Both the position numbers and the translations under genes were made by a program. This document shows positions 1 through 10,392 of a stretch of 64,000 nt of DNA, one piece after another. The stretch lies in IMG/VR virus record IMGVR_UViG_3300008266_000002; one strand, 5' to 3'. Below the pieces are notes generated by a model. That model was not told where the DNA came from. It searched no databases and saw only the letters and a list, made by a program, of their open reading frames with translations. The DNA comes from a virus. How positions within the stretch are numbered: position 1 is the stretch's first letter; each line of letters opens with the position of its first letter.

Positions 1-1218
1 CAGTCATGTAAACAAAAAGACGCTTGTGCGGATACTGTTTGTCCAAATGGTCAGATTTGTGTTGATGGAACTTGTCAAGGTTCAAATACAAACACAATTG
101 TTACATCAAACATTACGAATGATGTATATTGGACAAAAGATAAAATCTACGAGATTAACGGACGTGTTACTGTAGTAAGTGGTGCAACATTATTTATTGA
201 AGCTGGTACAATAATTAAGTTTCAAACTGGTACTGGTGCCAATGCATCTGCATTACTTGTAGCAAGAGGTGGTAGTATTGTTGCTGCCGGAACTCCAATT
301 GCACCTATTATAATGACTTCTGTTGCAGATGATATTACAATAGAGCAAGTAGCTAGTGGTAATTTTGCTAGTCCCAATCTACAACCAACTACCTCAGGTT
401 TGTGGGGTGGTTTGATTATTCTTGGTAAAGCTCCAATCTCTGCTTCTGCAAACGAAATTCAAATTGAAGGTATTCCAACAACTGATGCTAACGGTCTTTA
501 TGGTGGTAGTAACCCTAATGATAATTCAGGAATACTAAAGTATGTATCGATTCGACATGGAGGTGCCAATATTGGTAACGGAAATGAAATCAATGGCCTT
601 ACTTTGGGTGGTGTTGGTTCTGGTACAGTTGTTGAAAATATTGAAATTGTAGGTAATCAGGATGATGGTATTGAATTTTTTGGCGGTACTGTGACTGTGA
701 ATCACCTTTTAGTATCTTACTCTGGAGATGATGCTATTGATGTTGATCAATCTTGGTCTGGTACTCTTGATAACTTTTTGGTTGTGTGTGGTCCTGCTAC
801 AGATCACGCATTAGAAATCGATGGTCCGGAAGGTTTATTACTAGGTGCTTGTAATATTAAAAACGGATCTGTGCAAGGTGCATTTGATTCTGAACTAGCT
901 GATTTTAGAGCTTGTCCAAGAGGAACATTTGAAAACATATTCTTTTTTGGCTTCTCAGACCCAGCATTGAATAATAGGGGAGACTTCTCTATAACCAATC
1001 CATCCACATCAACTTGTTCAACAGACAATCTAGCAAATGGAATATTAGTGTTCTCAAACCTACAAGCAATATTACCAATTAATTCTAGTATAGGCTCTAT
1101 ATTCTTGAATGGTATAGATGCGTATGCAACAAGTGTAACTACCAACTCAGTTGGAGGATCTAAATCAGTATTTACTTGGACTTGGACCAGTCAGGCAAAC
1201 TTACTATCAGCATTCTAA
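1..1218 (+). CDS. Bacteroidota-type lipoprotein with beta-helix-like domain (5' truncated by window edge)
   Basis: Frame is open from base 1 (QSCKQKDACADTVCPNGQICVDGTC...) into the track ORF 313..1218. A possible lipobox Cys is followed by a Cys-rich segment and motifs GLWGGLIILG, NEINGLTLGGVG, DDGIEFFGG, DDAIDVD. Confidence 0.7.
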   Translation, partial: QSCKQKDACADTVCPNGQICVDGTCQGSNTNTIVTSNITNDVYWTKDKIYEINGRVTVVSGATLFIEAGTIIKFQTGTGANASALLVARGGSIVAAGTPIAPIIMTSVADDITIEQVASGNFASPNLQPTTSGLWGGLIILGKAPISASANEIQIEGIPTTDANGLYGGSNPNDNSGILKYVSIRHGGANIGNGNEINGLTLGGVGSGTVVENIEIVGNQDDGIEFFGGTVTVNHLLVSYSGDDAIDVDQSWSGTLDNFLVVCGPATDHALEIDGPEGLLLGACNIKNGSVQGAFDSELADFRACPRGTFENIFFFGFSDPALNNRGDFSITNPSTSTCSTDNLANGILVFSNLQAILPINSSIGSIFLNGIDAYATSVTTNSVGGSKSVFTWTWTSQANLLSAF

Positions 1219-1288
1219 AATAAAGTTGCAAAATAACAAGAAAGTCTGTATATTCATTTATACAGACTTTTTTAATCAAATTAGTTAT

Positions 1289-1939
1289 ATGAAAAACAAA
1301 GTAGAGTTATTGGGTTATTATGGTGATGATCTGATCCATGCATGTTCCGCATGGACAAGTACATCAAGAGAATTGACAGAGGAAAAGATACAGAGAGTAC
1401 CTAAACTATTAAAGATGCTCGCACAGGAAGGTCATCATACTCCATTTGAAAAGAGTAGCTTGCACTTTTTAGTGACTGTCGATCAAGCAACACACATTCA
1501 CTTACTTAAGCATCGTATTGGTGTTAGTATAAATGGGGAGTCAGCTAGATATAAAGAGTTGAAGGAAGATAAGTTTTATTTACCTGAAGATTGGACTCAA
1601 ATTCTAATTAAAGATGATGTTAATGGTAACACTTGGGCAACTATGCTTGAAACTATGTCAACTTTAAGTAACAAATGGTATCATCAATGTTTGGAAGAAC
1701 TTACTCCTATACTTGGTAGAAAAAGAGCTAAAGAGTCTGCTCGATTCTTCAAGACTTTCAACTCCCAAATCACAATGGATGTTATGTTTAACTGGAGAAG
1801 CTTTGCTCACTTCCAGCAACTACGTAACAGTGAGCATGCTCAAATAGAAGTTAGAGAGCTGGCACAAATGATGCTAGAGTCAGTTAGAAATATAGAAGGG
1901 AATCCATTTGAACACACAATACAAGCCTTTGGTTTATGA
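1289..1939 (+). CDS. thyX: FAD-dependent thymidylate synthase
   Basis: GHHTPFE, (R/K)HRx7S-ARY motif (LKHRIGVSINGESARY), and LRNSEHAQIEVRELA. Start moved to the ATG at 1289, downstream of a promoter. Confidence 0.93.
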   Translation: MKNKVELLGYYGDDLIHACSAWTSTSRELTEEKIQRVPKLLKMLAQEGHHTPFEKSSLHFLVTVDQATHIHLLKHRIGVSINGESARYKELKEDKFYLPEDWTQILIKDDVNGNTWATMLETMSTLSNKWYHQCLEELTPILGRKRAKESARFFKTFNSQITMDVMFNWRSFAHFQQLRNSEHAQIEVRELAQMMLESVRNIEGNPFEHTIQAFGL

Positions 1940-2073
1940 AAATATCAATCGATCAAGTAATGTGTCAACTATACATTACACCTTATATTAAGATCACCTA
2001 TGACAAGACCTTAACTGGAAATTATGAATTCATAGTAGGCTGGCTTAAATGGCAGTTAACATTATCAATATAA
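1936..2073 (+). CDS. small hypothetical protein (45 aa)
   Basis: ATGA overlap with the thyX stop; MKISIDQVMCQLYITPYIKIT...LSI*. Not in the ORF track. Confidence 0.55.
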   Translation: MKISIDQVMCQLYITPYIKITYDKTLTGNYEFIVGWLKWQLTLSI

Positions 2074-2090
2074 TCACGTCACATAACAAC

Positions 2091-2378
2091 ATGAAGCAGG
2101 AATCACAGGACTCAACTTTTATGGAGTCGTTCATCTCAAAACTTAAAGAACAATCGTTCACCATCATAATACTTGTTGGTGTGATGTACTATCAAAATTA
2201 TCTGTTTATGTCACAGATGGAAGAATATAAGAAGGTAGTGCAGAGCAAAGATGAGCTAATACTAAAACTAACCAATGATGAACGAGCTCGTCTATTAGAA
2301 CGAGAAACTTATCTCATACAACAAAGAGATAAGTTTATTGAGGATCTGAGACAAAAAGAACTAACACCCAACAACTAA
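2091..2378 (+). CDS. hypothetical membrane protein (one TM plus coiled coil)
   Basis: Hydrophobic FTIIILVGVMYY followed by a charged helix; likely ATG at 2091. Confidence 0.6.
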   Translation: MKQESQDSTFMESFISKLKEQSFTIIILVGVMYYQNYLFMSQMEEYKKVVQSKDELILKLTNDERARLLERETYLIQQRDKFIEDLRQKELTPNN

Positions 2379-2390
2379 AATAATTCAGTT

Positions 2391-2687
2391 ATGACATACG
2401 AAAACTTTTTAAAATTAACTCTTGGACTTCAAAAGCAGGATAGAGTTATTGAGGATCTTTACAAACATAAAATCGATGTGCTTGACTTTGTGGATCCATA
2501 TCACGGATTCATAACCCTATTACTAAAAGAGATATACGGAGACGAAGGATATGACTGGTTTAGCTGGTTCTGCTATGAGAATGAGTTTGGACAGAGAGGT
2601 CTAGAGGCATTTGATGAAAATAAAAATAGAATCTGCTACAGTCACGAATCACTTTGGGAATATCTAGAACAAAATTACAAACAATAA
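2391..2687 (+). CDS. hypothetical phage protein
   Basis: Tightly packed operon ORF; DWFSWFCYE. Confidence 0.65.
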   Translation: MTYENFLKLTLGLQKQDRVIEDLYKHKIDVLDFVDPYHGFITLLLKEIYGDEGYDWFSWFCYENEFGQRGLEAFDENKNRICYSHESLWEYLEQNYKQ

Positions 2688-2688
2688 T

Positions 2689-3135
2689 ATGGAATTAGTT
2701 ACAACTTATATATGCAAGACCTCTGACGTAGGTGTGCATGAGAATATTTTTGGAGGAACAATCTTAGGTCTTATAGATCAAAGTGCTGGTGCCTATGCAG
2801 CACAAATATGTGATACTCCTAGAATGGTCACTATCAAGATTGATGAGCTTATCTTCAAGAATGCTGTTAAGGTAGGTAATATTATAAAAATATATGCTAC
2901 AGTAAAAGAGTTTGGTAATACCTCAATCACTCTATACATGGAAGTGAGAAAGCATAACGTGTACACAGGCAAACAAGAAGTGGTAGTATCCACAAACATA
3001 AAATTTGTAAGAATAGATGAAGAAGGTTATCCTATCCCAATCTCTGAGCGTATCAAAAACCGATATAACGAAAGATTAGAGAAACACGGAAAAGGCTTAT
3101 TAACTTCTGAAGAAACTAAAAAATCCAAAAAATGA
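2689..3135 (+). CDS. acyl-CoA thioesterase (hotdog fold, YciA-like)
   Basis: NIFGGTILGLIDQSAG, MVTIKIDELIFK, GNTSITL, FVRIDEEGYPIPI. Confidence 0.88.
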   Translation: MELVTTYICKTSDVGVHENIFGGTILGLIDQSAGAYAAQICDTPRMVTIKIDELIFKNAVKVGNIIKIYATVKEFGNTSITLYMEVRKHNVYTGKQEVVVSTNIKFVRIDEEGYPIPISERIKNRYNERLEKHGKGLLTSEETKKSKK

Positions 3136-3854
3136 TAGTTACATTCATCTCTGACACACATGGCAAACACAATCAAATCACACAAGACTTAAAAGGTGGT
3201 GACTTGCTTATTCACTCTGGTGACATCTCCTCTATGGGATATCATTATGAACTTACAGCATTCTATGAGTGGTTTGATAGTATACCAAACTACACCACAA
3301 AAGTATTCATTGCTGGGAACCATGATTGGGGATTCTTAGATGCTCACAGATACATCCTATATAAGGAAGCTAAAATGCCACAACGTACTCAAGAGCTAAT
3401 TGATTCCTATCCCAATATTCACTATCTACAAGATCAGGCTCTACAAGTTGCAATAGAAAATGAACTTACTATTAACCTATATGGAAGTCCATGGCAACCA
3501 GCGTTTAATAATTGGGCTTTTAATTCGCCAAGAAACGGAGACCAATTAAAAGAGATATGGGATAACATTCCAAATAATACTGATATCTTGATCACACACG
3601 GACCAGCTTATGGTTATTTAGATCAGGTGCTTGGACGATCCGAAAATCTAGGTTGTGAGTTGTTGGCTGAAAGAATTAAGACACTCAAACCAAAAATTCA
3701 CGTATGTGGTCATATTCATAGTGGTCACGGTTACACCTATGATAAAGATACTCACTTTATAAATGCTTCAGTACTAAACGAGTCTTACAACTATGCTAAC
3801 CGACCACTCACTATTAATTGGAACCCAGAAACCAATGATGTAGAATTTTTGTAA
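3132..3854 (+). CDS. calcineurin-like metallophosphoesterase
   Basis: DTH, GD, GNHD, ITHGP and GHIH motifs. Confidence 0.92.
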   Translation: MIVTFISDTHGKHNQITQDLKGGDLLIHSGDISSMGYHYELTAFYEWFDSIPNYTTKVFIAGNHDWGFLDAHRYILYKEAKMPQRTQELIDSYPNIHYLQDQALQVAIENELTINLYGSPWQPAFNNWAFNSPRNGDQLKEIWDNIPNNTDILITHGPAYGYLDQVLGRSENLGCELLAERIKTLKPKIHVCGHIHSGHGYTYDKDTHFINASVLNESYNYANRPLTINWNPETNDVEFL

Positions 3855-3926
3855 CTTTTTTTGTCTAACTGTTGTCTCACGTGTTTTTTTAGCGTATATT
3901 TAGTTATAATTAAAAACACACAAGCT

Positions 3927-4265
3927 ATGACAAATTATCCACCAACAGTCGAAGAGAAACTGGAGTTAGTTAATGATATATTGACTAACATCGACTACAA
4001 GTATCCAGTATACGAACATTGTGTTCGTGAAGTATTTGGTCCTATTTTCTTGCAACAATGGCTCGATGGTAAGGAGGTGGGATTTGAATTAGAAGAGTTC
4101 GAAAGATTACTAAAGTTGACAATCGCTAGAAGTCTTGTTGAAGAGATGAGAGAAGAAGGATTGATTGATACTATTGAAGATCCTGACAGAAATGATGATG
4201 TTGTATTCTTAACCGAGAAAGGAAAAAAGGTTGCTGAATTATTACATAACGTAAATTTAAACTAA
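3927..4265 (+). CDS. hypothetical protein, possible C-terminal winged helix
   Basis: ATG follows the promoter; ends in EEGLI...VFLTEKGKK. Confidence 0.6.
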   Translation: MTNYPPTVEEKLELVNDILTNIDYKYPVYEHCVREVFGPIFLQQWLDGKEVGFELEEFERLLKLTIARSLVEEMREEGLIDTIEDPDRNDDVVFLTEKGKKVAELLHNVNLN

Positions 4266-4266
4266 C

Positions 4267-4653
4267 ATGACACAAGAAGTTACAGCTCAAATCGATCGAT
4301 TCTACGATGACGTTATATTCTTGAAAGAAGATACGTGGCTATCATTTCACAGAGAGCACTACAAAGGACATAAGGATGTTGTGATCATATCTCTTGTAGA
4401 TGGTTTACTAGAAACTACAACAGTATTAGCTACCTATGTGGATGGTGTATGGAAATTTCCTAACCAACGTAGTGCGTCATTATTCTGGAAGTATGCTAAG
4501 GTGTTTGATAGTCGTATGAGACGTATTGTACATAAACTTGTTGTTCCTCTTCCTGAGGATATGACAATGAGAATTACTTGGCGTTGCTTTCAGCGCAAAG
4601 TAAGAATGCAGTATAGATTAATTCGACGAAATATAAAATTATTGTTTAACTAA
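4267..4653 (+). CDS. hypothetical protein
   Basis: Packed ORF of 128 aa. Confidence 0.6.
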   Translation: MTQEVTAQIDRFYDDVIFLKEDTWLSFHREHYKGHKDVVIISLVDGLLETTTVLATYVDGVWKFPNQRSASLFWKYAKVFDSRMRRIVHKLVVPLPEDMTMRITWRCFQRKVRMQYRLIRRNIKLLFN

Positions 4654-4666
4654 AATTCAAAAGGTT

Positions 4667-4966
4667 ATGAACATGAATAGTGAAAGCTTAAAAGCATTAG
4701 GCAAAAAGACATTGAATGTTGTATGGGCAATCTGCCTATTAATTTGTGGTTTTTTTATTGGTCATTATAGTTATATAATACGCGGCTACGATAATGAACC
4801 CAAAGCGGTTATAAAAACTACTAAGGACGTTTCAGTCGCAATTAATGAAAATAATCAGGTTTTAATAATCGATCGAGCTACTGGTCGTTTTGAAACCTAC
4901 TCTGATTCTGTTGGTACAAATATCTTTAAATTGTATGCAGCTAAAATGTATCAGAGTAACAACTAA
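4667..4966 (+). CDS. hypothetical membrane-anchored protein
   Basis: N-terminal TM segment VVWAICLLICGFFIG; lies just upstream of the SLT gene. Confidence 0.6.
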   Translation: MNMNSESLKALGKKTLNVVWAICLLICGFFIGHYSYIIRGYDNEPKAVIKTTKDVSVAINENNQVLIIDRATGRFETYSDSVGTNIFKLYAAKMYQSNN

Positions 4967-4976
4967 AACATGACGA

Positions 4977-5510
4977 ATGTATAAAATTAAAACAGCAATA
5001 TTAACAACCTCCGTACTTGTATTAACTATCTTCACCACAAACTATTTATATCCAGAGCAACTATCTCACATTGAGGTACCTACACCAAAGTTAATTGATC
5101 CAAACGATCCACCATGCATTCAGATGTATTATTGTATTAAGCACTACGCAAAAGAATATAACATTCCAGAAACGTATGTCTTTGCAATTGCCTATTATGA
5201 AACGGGATATCAAGGCCCAGCACATTGGAAGTATGATCATGCTTTGGGTAAGGAAGGAGGTGCTGCAGGACCAATGCAAATACTCCCAATAGCAGATAGA
5301 GCAATTAACAAGAAGCCTAACTTTAATCGATTGAATAATGATATTGAATACAATATTGTAACAAGTGTGAAAATACTACGTGTACTTCACGATCGTTATA
5401 AAGACTGGCCTATAGTATTTGGATTTTACAACACTGGAAGACCACAGGTAACTAATTATTCTAGATTGATTTGCAACTTTCAACTTGATACAAAATGGAT
5501 ACGATGCTAG
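4977..5510 (+). CDS. lytic transglycosylase (SLT domain) with N-terminal signal/anchor
   Basis: Catalytic ET (AYYETGY), GPMQI, YNI..SV.IL and FYNTG motifs. Confidence 0.85.
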   Translation: MYKIKTAILTTSVLVLTIFTTNYLYPEQLSHIEVPTPKLIDPNDPPCIQMYYCIKHYAKEYNIPETYVFAIAYYETGYQGPAHWKYDHALGKEGGAAGPMQILPIADRAINKKPNFNRLNNDIEYNIVTSVKILRVLHDRYKDWPIVFGFYNTGRPQVTNYSRLICNFQLDTKWIRC

Positions 5511-6238
5511 ACCCAACCCAACCAACTCCAACCCGACTTATCGAACAGCGTAATGGCTTTGATATTTCGATTGTACTTCCTAGGTTTACACCAATGTTTG
5601 AGATTACTAAACCTTTGGAAGATCCTACAATATTGTTGACAGGTGGTTGTCATGTTGATCATGAGGGATATGATCTTAATGAGATCGAGCAAGCGTATTA
5701 TAAAAATGAAGGTGTGAGTCTTGTGAAAGATCCGACTTGGTATAAGGATGGTGGTGGTGAAAGAGTTACTACTGCTATCCTTCAACCTTGGATAGAGCAA
5801 CTTAATGAAATAACCTTTGGTCAAGATCAGTTGATATTAGATCACTCACACTATGTATTCAAGTTTCCAATAAGAGGTGAAGCTGAACAGCAAGTAAGAC
5901 AATATGCCAAACAAAGACCTGAGCTATTAAGATTAGTCTCAACTACTTACAAGTGTGGTCTGGATGTGTGTATTGATTTACTAGATGGTGATGAGAATGG
6001 ATCGATCCAGCCTATTGTACATATTGAATGGGACTATGATGATTTCCAGGACATGTATGATGAGGCTATCGTAGTATCTAATATACTTAAATTCACAAAC
6101 TGGCAAGATCACATTCCAACCATCAAAAGATTTAATGAACAAGCCAAGCAAGGAAAGATCGAAGCATTCTTTCAAGCAGACTTCAGAGCTCGCAAGTTAT
6201 TTGGCAAAAAGGCCTACAAACTAATACCCACTCTATGA
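5495..6238 (+). CDS. hypothetical protein
   Basis: 247-aa ORF overlapping both neighbours. Confidence 0.65.
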   Translation: MDTMLDPTQPTPTRLIEQRNGFDISIVLPRFTPMFEITKPLEDPTILLTGGCHVDHEGYDLNEIEQAYYKNEGVSLVKDPTWYKDGGGERVTTAILQPWIEQLNEITFGQDQLILDHSHYVFKFPIRGEAEQQVRQYAKQRPELLRLVSTTYKCGLDVCIDLLDGDENGSIQPIVHIEWDYDDFQDMYDEAIVVSNILKFTNWQDHIPTIKRFNEQAKQGKIEAFFQADFRARKLFGKKAYKLIPTL

Positions 6239-6516
6239 TAGACATGGACAGATATGTAGCTAGTATAGCTTACGGTAAAATAATCATGGAAACCTTAACT
6301 GGAGACTCTCTACCTCCTTTTAGCTATTCCAACACAGACGAAGGATTACTCCAATGGTTTTTAGACACCTTTGACATTGATAGACTTTACAATGATCCAT
6401 TGGCACTAGACTTACAACTCACACTCAATAGATGGGTTGTTGATGGAGAACCAGCTAGTGAAATAAGACAGCAGCTTATAAACATCCTAGTTGATCACTA
6501 CGGATTTTATTGTTAA
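6235..6516 (+). CDS. hypothetical protein
   Basis: ATGA-coupled ORF. Confidence 0.6.
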   Translation: MIDMDRYVASIAYGKIIMETLTGDSLPPFSYSNTDEGLLQWFLDTFDIDRLYNDPLALDLQLTLNRWVVDGEPASEIRQQLINILVDHYGFYC

Positions 6517-6601
6517 TTTTTTTTTAAAAAAAATGTGTTAACTGTTGTCTCACAGCTACAAAGTGTGTATATTTAGTCTGTAATCAAATCACACACAAGT
6601 T

Positions 6602-6922
6602 ATGAAACAAACAACAAAAAGCACTTCCGGAACACACTTCTTAGATGTAACAGTGTTCGCTTCTCACAATGAGATAACTGCTATCTGTGGTAAACCACAA
6701 TCCTCTTCTGATGACTTTAAGTGTCGTTACTGTTGGGACATGGAAACCGAAGATGGTGATGTCTTCACCGTCTATGACTGGAAAGACCTATTCATTAGAA
6801 AAAAGGATGAACCAATCACATGGCACATAGGTAGCTTTGATTACCTTGCTGCTGATACTGCTCGATATGAAATTAATCAAGCCTTAAAACAATTACGAAA
6901 TGAAAAAGAGATACCTTCTTAA
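6602..6922 (+). CDS. hypothetical phage protein
   Basis: Follows a promoter; FTVYDWK...WHIG motif. Confidence 0.7.
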   Translation: MKQTTKSTSGTHFLDVTVFASHNEITAICGKPQSSSDDFKCRYCWDMETEDGDVFTVYDWKDLFIRKKDEPITWHIGSFDYLAADTARYEINQALKQLRNEKEIPS

Positions 6923-7160
6923 AAGAGTGAATGATGGCCAGCAATGGATATCCACAAATATCAAGTATGTCGATTGGGAAGATAACATTTTTGGAGACCT
7001 TTGTGAAGATATTGCTGTTGGTCGATCATGTATGTTGAATCCAGAACGAGGGATGGAGTTTGTATGGTTAACTACTCCAATAAGTAGAATAGACCAGAGA
7101 GCCGATGAAACTCACTTTTTTACAGTTAACAGTCACTATATTCTTAAACAATTAGATTAA
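6900..7160 (+). CDS. hypothetical protein
   Basis: Packed ORF; WLTTPI..I...F.T.NS.Y. Confidence 0.6.
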   Translation: MKKRYLLKRVNDGQQWISTNIKYVDWEDNIFGDLCEDIAVGRSCMLNPERGMEFVWLTTPISRIDQRADETHFFTVNSHYILKQLD

Positions 7161-7167
7161 TAAAGTT

Positions 7168-7389
7168 ATGACACCATCACAAAAAAGAATCCTAAGAGAT
7201 TTTAATAGATTTAATGAGATCCTATTTTTCATATTGCTTACGTTGAAACTCGCACAAGTTGGAGAAGTACAACACTGGTCTTGGTATTATGTTACAATGC
7301 CTCTATGGTTACCGTTTGCTATTTTTTCTATTACTTGGGTCATTTTATCGATACTAATATTTTTTCTTAAACTAATACCAAAAAACTAA
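7168..7389 (+). CDS. small two-TM membrane protein
   Basis: LTLKL...WSWYYVTMPLW motif. Confidence 0.7.
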   Translation: MTPSQKRILRDFNRFNEILFFILLTLKLAQVGEVQHWSWYYVTMPLWLPFAIFSITWVILSILIFFLKLIPKN

Positions 7390-7393
7390 ATAT

Positions 7394-7666
7394 ATGCCAA
7401 ATTTTCGTGTGTTTACTGAAGTAGATATTGAAATAGACGAGATCGTAGATGATCTCAGTCCTTTAGAAGTAGAAGAGCTTATTGATTATCTAAAAGAAGA
7501 AGGGTATCTTAAAAATGGGAAATATAAACACAACTACGATAATGGAAGTGAAAACTTACACGATCGTATGTGGTCTGAGACCTGTAAAAAGCTCTTGGAT
7601 AACAGATTGCAGCTCACTAATGAAGAGCAGGAAATTATTGAAAAGATTGCGTCACGATTTATTTAA
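7394..7666 (+). CDS. hypothetical protein
   Basis: Packed acidic ORF. Confidence 0.6.
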   Translation: MPNFRVFTEVDIEIDEIVDDLSPLEVEELIDYLKEEGYLKNGKYKHNYDNGSENLHDRMWSETCKKLLDNRLQLTNEEQEIIEKIASRFI

Positions 7667-7671
7667 ACAAC

Positions 7672-8160
7672 ATGGGAACAAATTATTATAGAATACCATC
7701 ACAAGAAGAGATGTTAGAACGAAAGGAGCTACTAATTCAAAGAGCTCAGAACTTAGACATTAACTCCTCAAACATTGCATGTGAGTTCCGAAACATTAAG
7801 AAAATGGATCGTGATTGGGATGCATTTAACATGTGGGATGATTTCACTAAGGATATGCTAGTTCATATTGGCAAGCGTAGCTCTGGTTGGAAGTTTCTTT
7901 GGAATTTCAATAAAAAAGCGTATTATAGTGACAGAGAAGAGCTCTTTCAATTTTTACGTAGAGGCAGAGTTGTTAATGAGTACTATGAAGAGATAGATGT
8001 TGAGGAGTTTATTACAATGGCCTTAGAGTGGGGACAACCTGATGGTTATGACCTTAATGCCTATTATAAGAGACATCCAAGACAATACCATTACGATTAC
8101 ATTGAAAAGGAATCCTATATCGATGGGCTAAGAGTTTCACCTTCCACAGATTTTAGTTAA
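7672..8160 (+). CDS. hypothetical phage protein
   Basis: MGTNYY...HIGKRSSGWKFLW...DFS pattern. Confidence 0.7.
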   Translation: MGTNYYRIPSQEEMLERKELLIQRAQNLDINSSNIACEFRNIKKMDRDWDAFNMWDDFTKDMLVHIGKRSSGWKFLWNFNKKAYYSDREELFQFLRRGRVVNEYYEEIDVEEFITMALEWGQPDGYDLNAYYKRHPRQYHYDYIEKESYIDGLRVSPSTDFS

Positions 8161-8178
8161 TAATAAAACATAAACACA

Positions 8179-8493
8179 ATGGCAAAAAGATTATCGAGAG
8201 AGGAAAAAAAAGACAAAGCAATAGTTGATTTGATTAACCAAATGTTTATATTTGCAGGTCACGCAGTAACTTTTGATGACATCAAAGATCGTAAAGATGC
8301 TTGGTATAGTGAATGGACTATAACAATAGAGCAATATGAAGCATGGATGGCATGGGGTCGCAAGTACTTACAGAAAAACTTCAGGTACATGAATAAGACT
8401 TGGGCTACACGTGAGATGGCTATGATTGGTTTGAATTGGGGATTAAAGTTTGACAGAATGCCAACTCCTGAAGATTTTGATAAAATAAATTAG
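8179..8493 (+). CDS. hypothetical protein
   Basis: Packed ORF. Confidence 0.6.
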   Translation: MAKRLSREEKKDKAIVDLINQMFIFAGHAVTFDDIKDRKDAWYSEWTITIEQYEAWMAWGRKYLQKNFRYMNKTWATREMAMIGLNWGLKFDRMPTPEDFDKIN

Positions 8494-8558
8494 CAAAACT
8501 GTTGTCTCGTGTGTAAAAACATAGTATCTTCAGGTATAACAAAAATAAAAGCAATTAT

Positions 8559-8774
8559 ATGAAACCAAACATGAAAGATCCATTACTTCAAGCTCTATAT
8601 GTTGCAACTTATAGATTAGATGATGAGCAGCTAGAGTACATTCTTGAAAATGCTACTGAGGAAGAGTTAAAACACTTTCATGTTATCTCTCAACAAGAGT
8701 TGCCTTCCCATGAACAATTCATCGAAGGATTGAAGGTTAGTCATAAGTACGTGAAACAATATAATCAACTTTAA
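8559..8774 (+). CDS. hypothetical protein
   Basis: Follows the promoter at 8501. Confidence 0.6.
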   Translation: MKPNMKDPLLQALYVATYRLDDEQLEYILENATEEELKHFHVISQQELPSHEQFIEGLKVSHKYVKQYNQL

Positions 8775-8786
8775 AATCATACACAC

Positions 8787-9047
8787 ATGCAAAACACACA
8801 AGTTTCCAGACAACTATCTCAAGAAGAAACATTAGCTAAAAAAATGACAACGGATATCTTACAAGCGCTAAGAGCTTCTGATAACCCAATGGCTATTTTA
8901 ATTGAGAGCTACATTCAAAAACAACTCGAGACTTATCGAGATGAAATCTTCGAAGCTATTGAAGGTGATCCTTTTAGTATTGATAGCAGAACTTACGAAG
9001 AGTATGAGGCTGATACACGATTAGAAAAGGAGGATCATTATGAATAG
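8787..9047 (+). CDS. hypothetical protein
   Basis: ACACAC leader before the ATG. Confidence 0.6.
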   Translation: MQNTQVSRQLSQEETLAKKMTTDILQALRASDNPMAILIESYIQKQLETYRDEIFEAIEGDPFSIDSRTYEEYEADTRLEKEDHYE

Positions 9048-9627
9048 TTTGTCATTTTTAAAAATATTACTCTCTCCTTTCCAACCTTTCAAGGTCAAGG
9101 TGTATTGTGGTAAAACTGCTATAGGTGTTCCTTACTTTTATCCTCGAAAATGGGTGAAGGGTACTCCTAAGTTAGCTCACAAAGCTACACTACAGTATAT
9201 ACAAAAGGAAGAGAACTACAATAAAATGAATCCTAACTATACTCGTACGATACGTCCATATGAAGAGGTGTATCAACAATACTTAGGATATTCGTTTCCA
9301 GTACCTCTCAAGGTTGGGTTTAGTTTCTGTGGCTTAGGATATAAGACTAAATGGTCTGACACTGACTACAGATATGAGTATGGACCTGTATTCTCCTTTG
9401 TATTCTTTGGTTACCAATTAGCTATAACAATTGGTCATAAGCATGCAGATCACTACTGGGAGGCTTGGTTGTATTACGAAAATCATACTGACAAGTCTAA
9501 ATCTAAGAAGGAGAGGATCCAACAATGCATTAAAGAGTACCCTCAGACAGTTACTCGATACTCCGGTAACAAAAAGGAAAAAATTGATTATTATCCACTT
9601 ATATTAAAAACAAAATATATAAAATAA
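9040..9627 (+). CDS. hypothetical protein
   Basis: 195-aa packed ORF. Confidence 0.65.
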   Translation: MNSLSFLKILLSPFQPFKVKVYCGKTAIGVPYFYPRKWVKGTPKLAHKATLQYIQKEENYNKMNPNYTRTIRPYEEVYQQYLGYSFPVPLKVGFSFCGLGYKTKWSDTDYRYEYGPVFSFVFFGYQLAITIGHKHADHYWEAWLYYENHTDKSKSKKERIQQCIKEYPQTVTRYSGNKKEKIDYYPLILKTKYIK

Positions 9628-9628
9628 T

Positions 9629-10030
9629 ATGGAAGATAGAATTCAAATTAATGGTGTTTGGTATATCAAAGCAGAAGATGATAATGATTTATGGAATGAC
9701 GAAGATACGCTAGATGTAGCTTGGTCTAAAAATTGCTTATATGAAACTCATGACTATTGTTGGGAAGCTAGTAGATGCATTACAGATGTTGAGGATTACG
9801 ATTATATGTACGATACTACAATCGACTTCTATATAGATTTCACCGACAAGACCGAAAAACCATGGAAAACAGATACTTGGGATAATCATAGATGGGTACT
9901 TGGAATTCTTGATAACGATCCAGACGCTATGAAAATAGCTAGAAACGAGATGAACGAACAAGGAATCAAAGACTTTAGAAGATTTATCAAACTACTACAA
10001 GACAAAGGATGGATACCAACCGAAAAGTAA
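9629..10030 (+). CDS. hypothetical protein
   Basis: Packed ORF. Confidence 0.6.
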   Translation: MEDRIQINGVWYIKAEDDNDLWNDEDTLDVAWSKNCLYETHDYCWEASRCITDVEDYDYMYDTTIDFYIDFTDKTEKPWKTDTWDNHRWVLGILDNDPDAMKIARNEMNEQGIKDFRRFIKLLQDKGWIPTEK

Positions 10031-10221
10031 CAGTGGAGTTTAATGAGTATGATCATACTTGTGCTGATGGATGTTGTAATAGTTGGGGCTTCGAAGTGAG
10101 AGTGAATGGAGTTGAGTTGGATGCACAAAACCTTGACGTACAAACTCAGGTCAGACAGATCCTAGAACACCTAGGTTATGAAGTCGAGATCATTAACAAA
10201 TATAATGGTGAGGAATATTAA
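10009..10221 (+). CDS. hypothetical protein with CxDGCC motif
   Basis: TCADGCCNSWG. Confidence 0.6.
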   Translation: MDTNRKVTVEFNEYDHTCADGCCNSWGFEVRVNGVELDAQNLDVQTQVRQILEHLGYEVEIINKYNGEEY

Positions 10222-10265
10222 GTAAGTATTGGTCAGGTGGTAGAATTGAAACCATATCATTTGGG

Positions 10266-10291
10266 ACAGCATTTTAAAGCTGTCCTTTTTT
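10266..10291 (+). terminator. intrinsic terminator
   Basis: GGACAGC-attttaaa-GCTGTCC followed by a T-run. Confidence 0.75.
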
Positions 10292-10392
10292 ATTTTAAAA
10301 AAAAATCGTACAAACTGTTGTCTATATGAATCAGAGTGGGGACCTTTAGGTATAATCAAAAATGAAACAGTTAACAATTAAAAAATCAAGTT

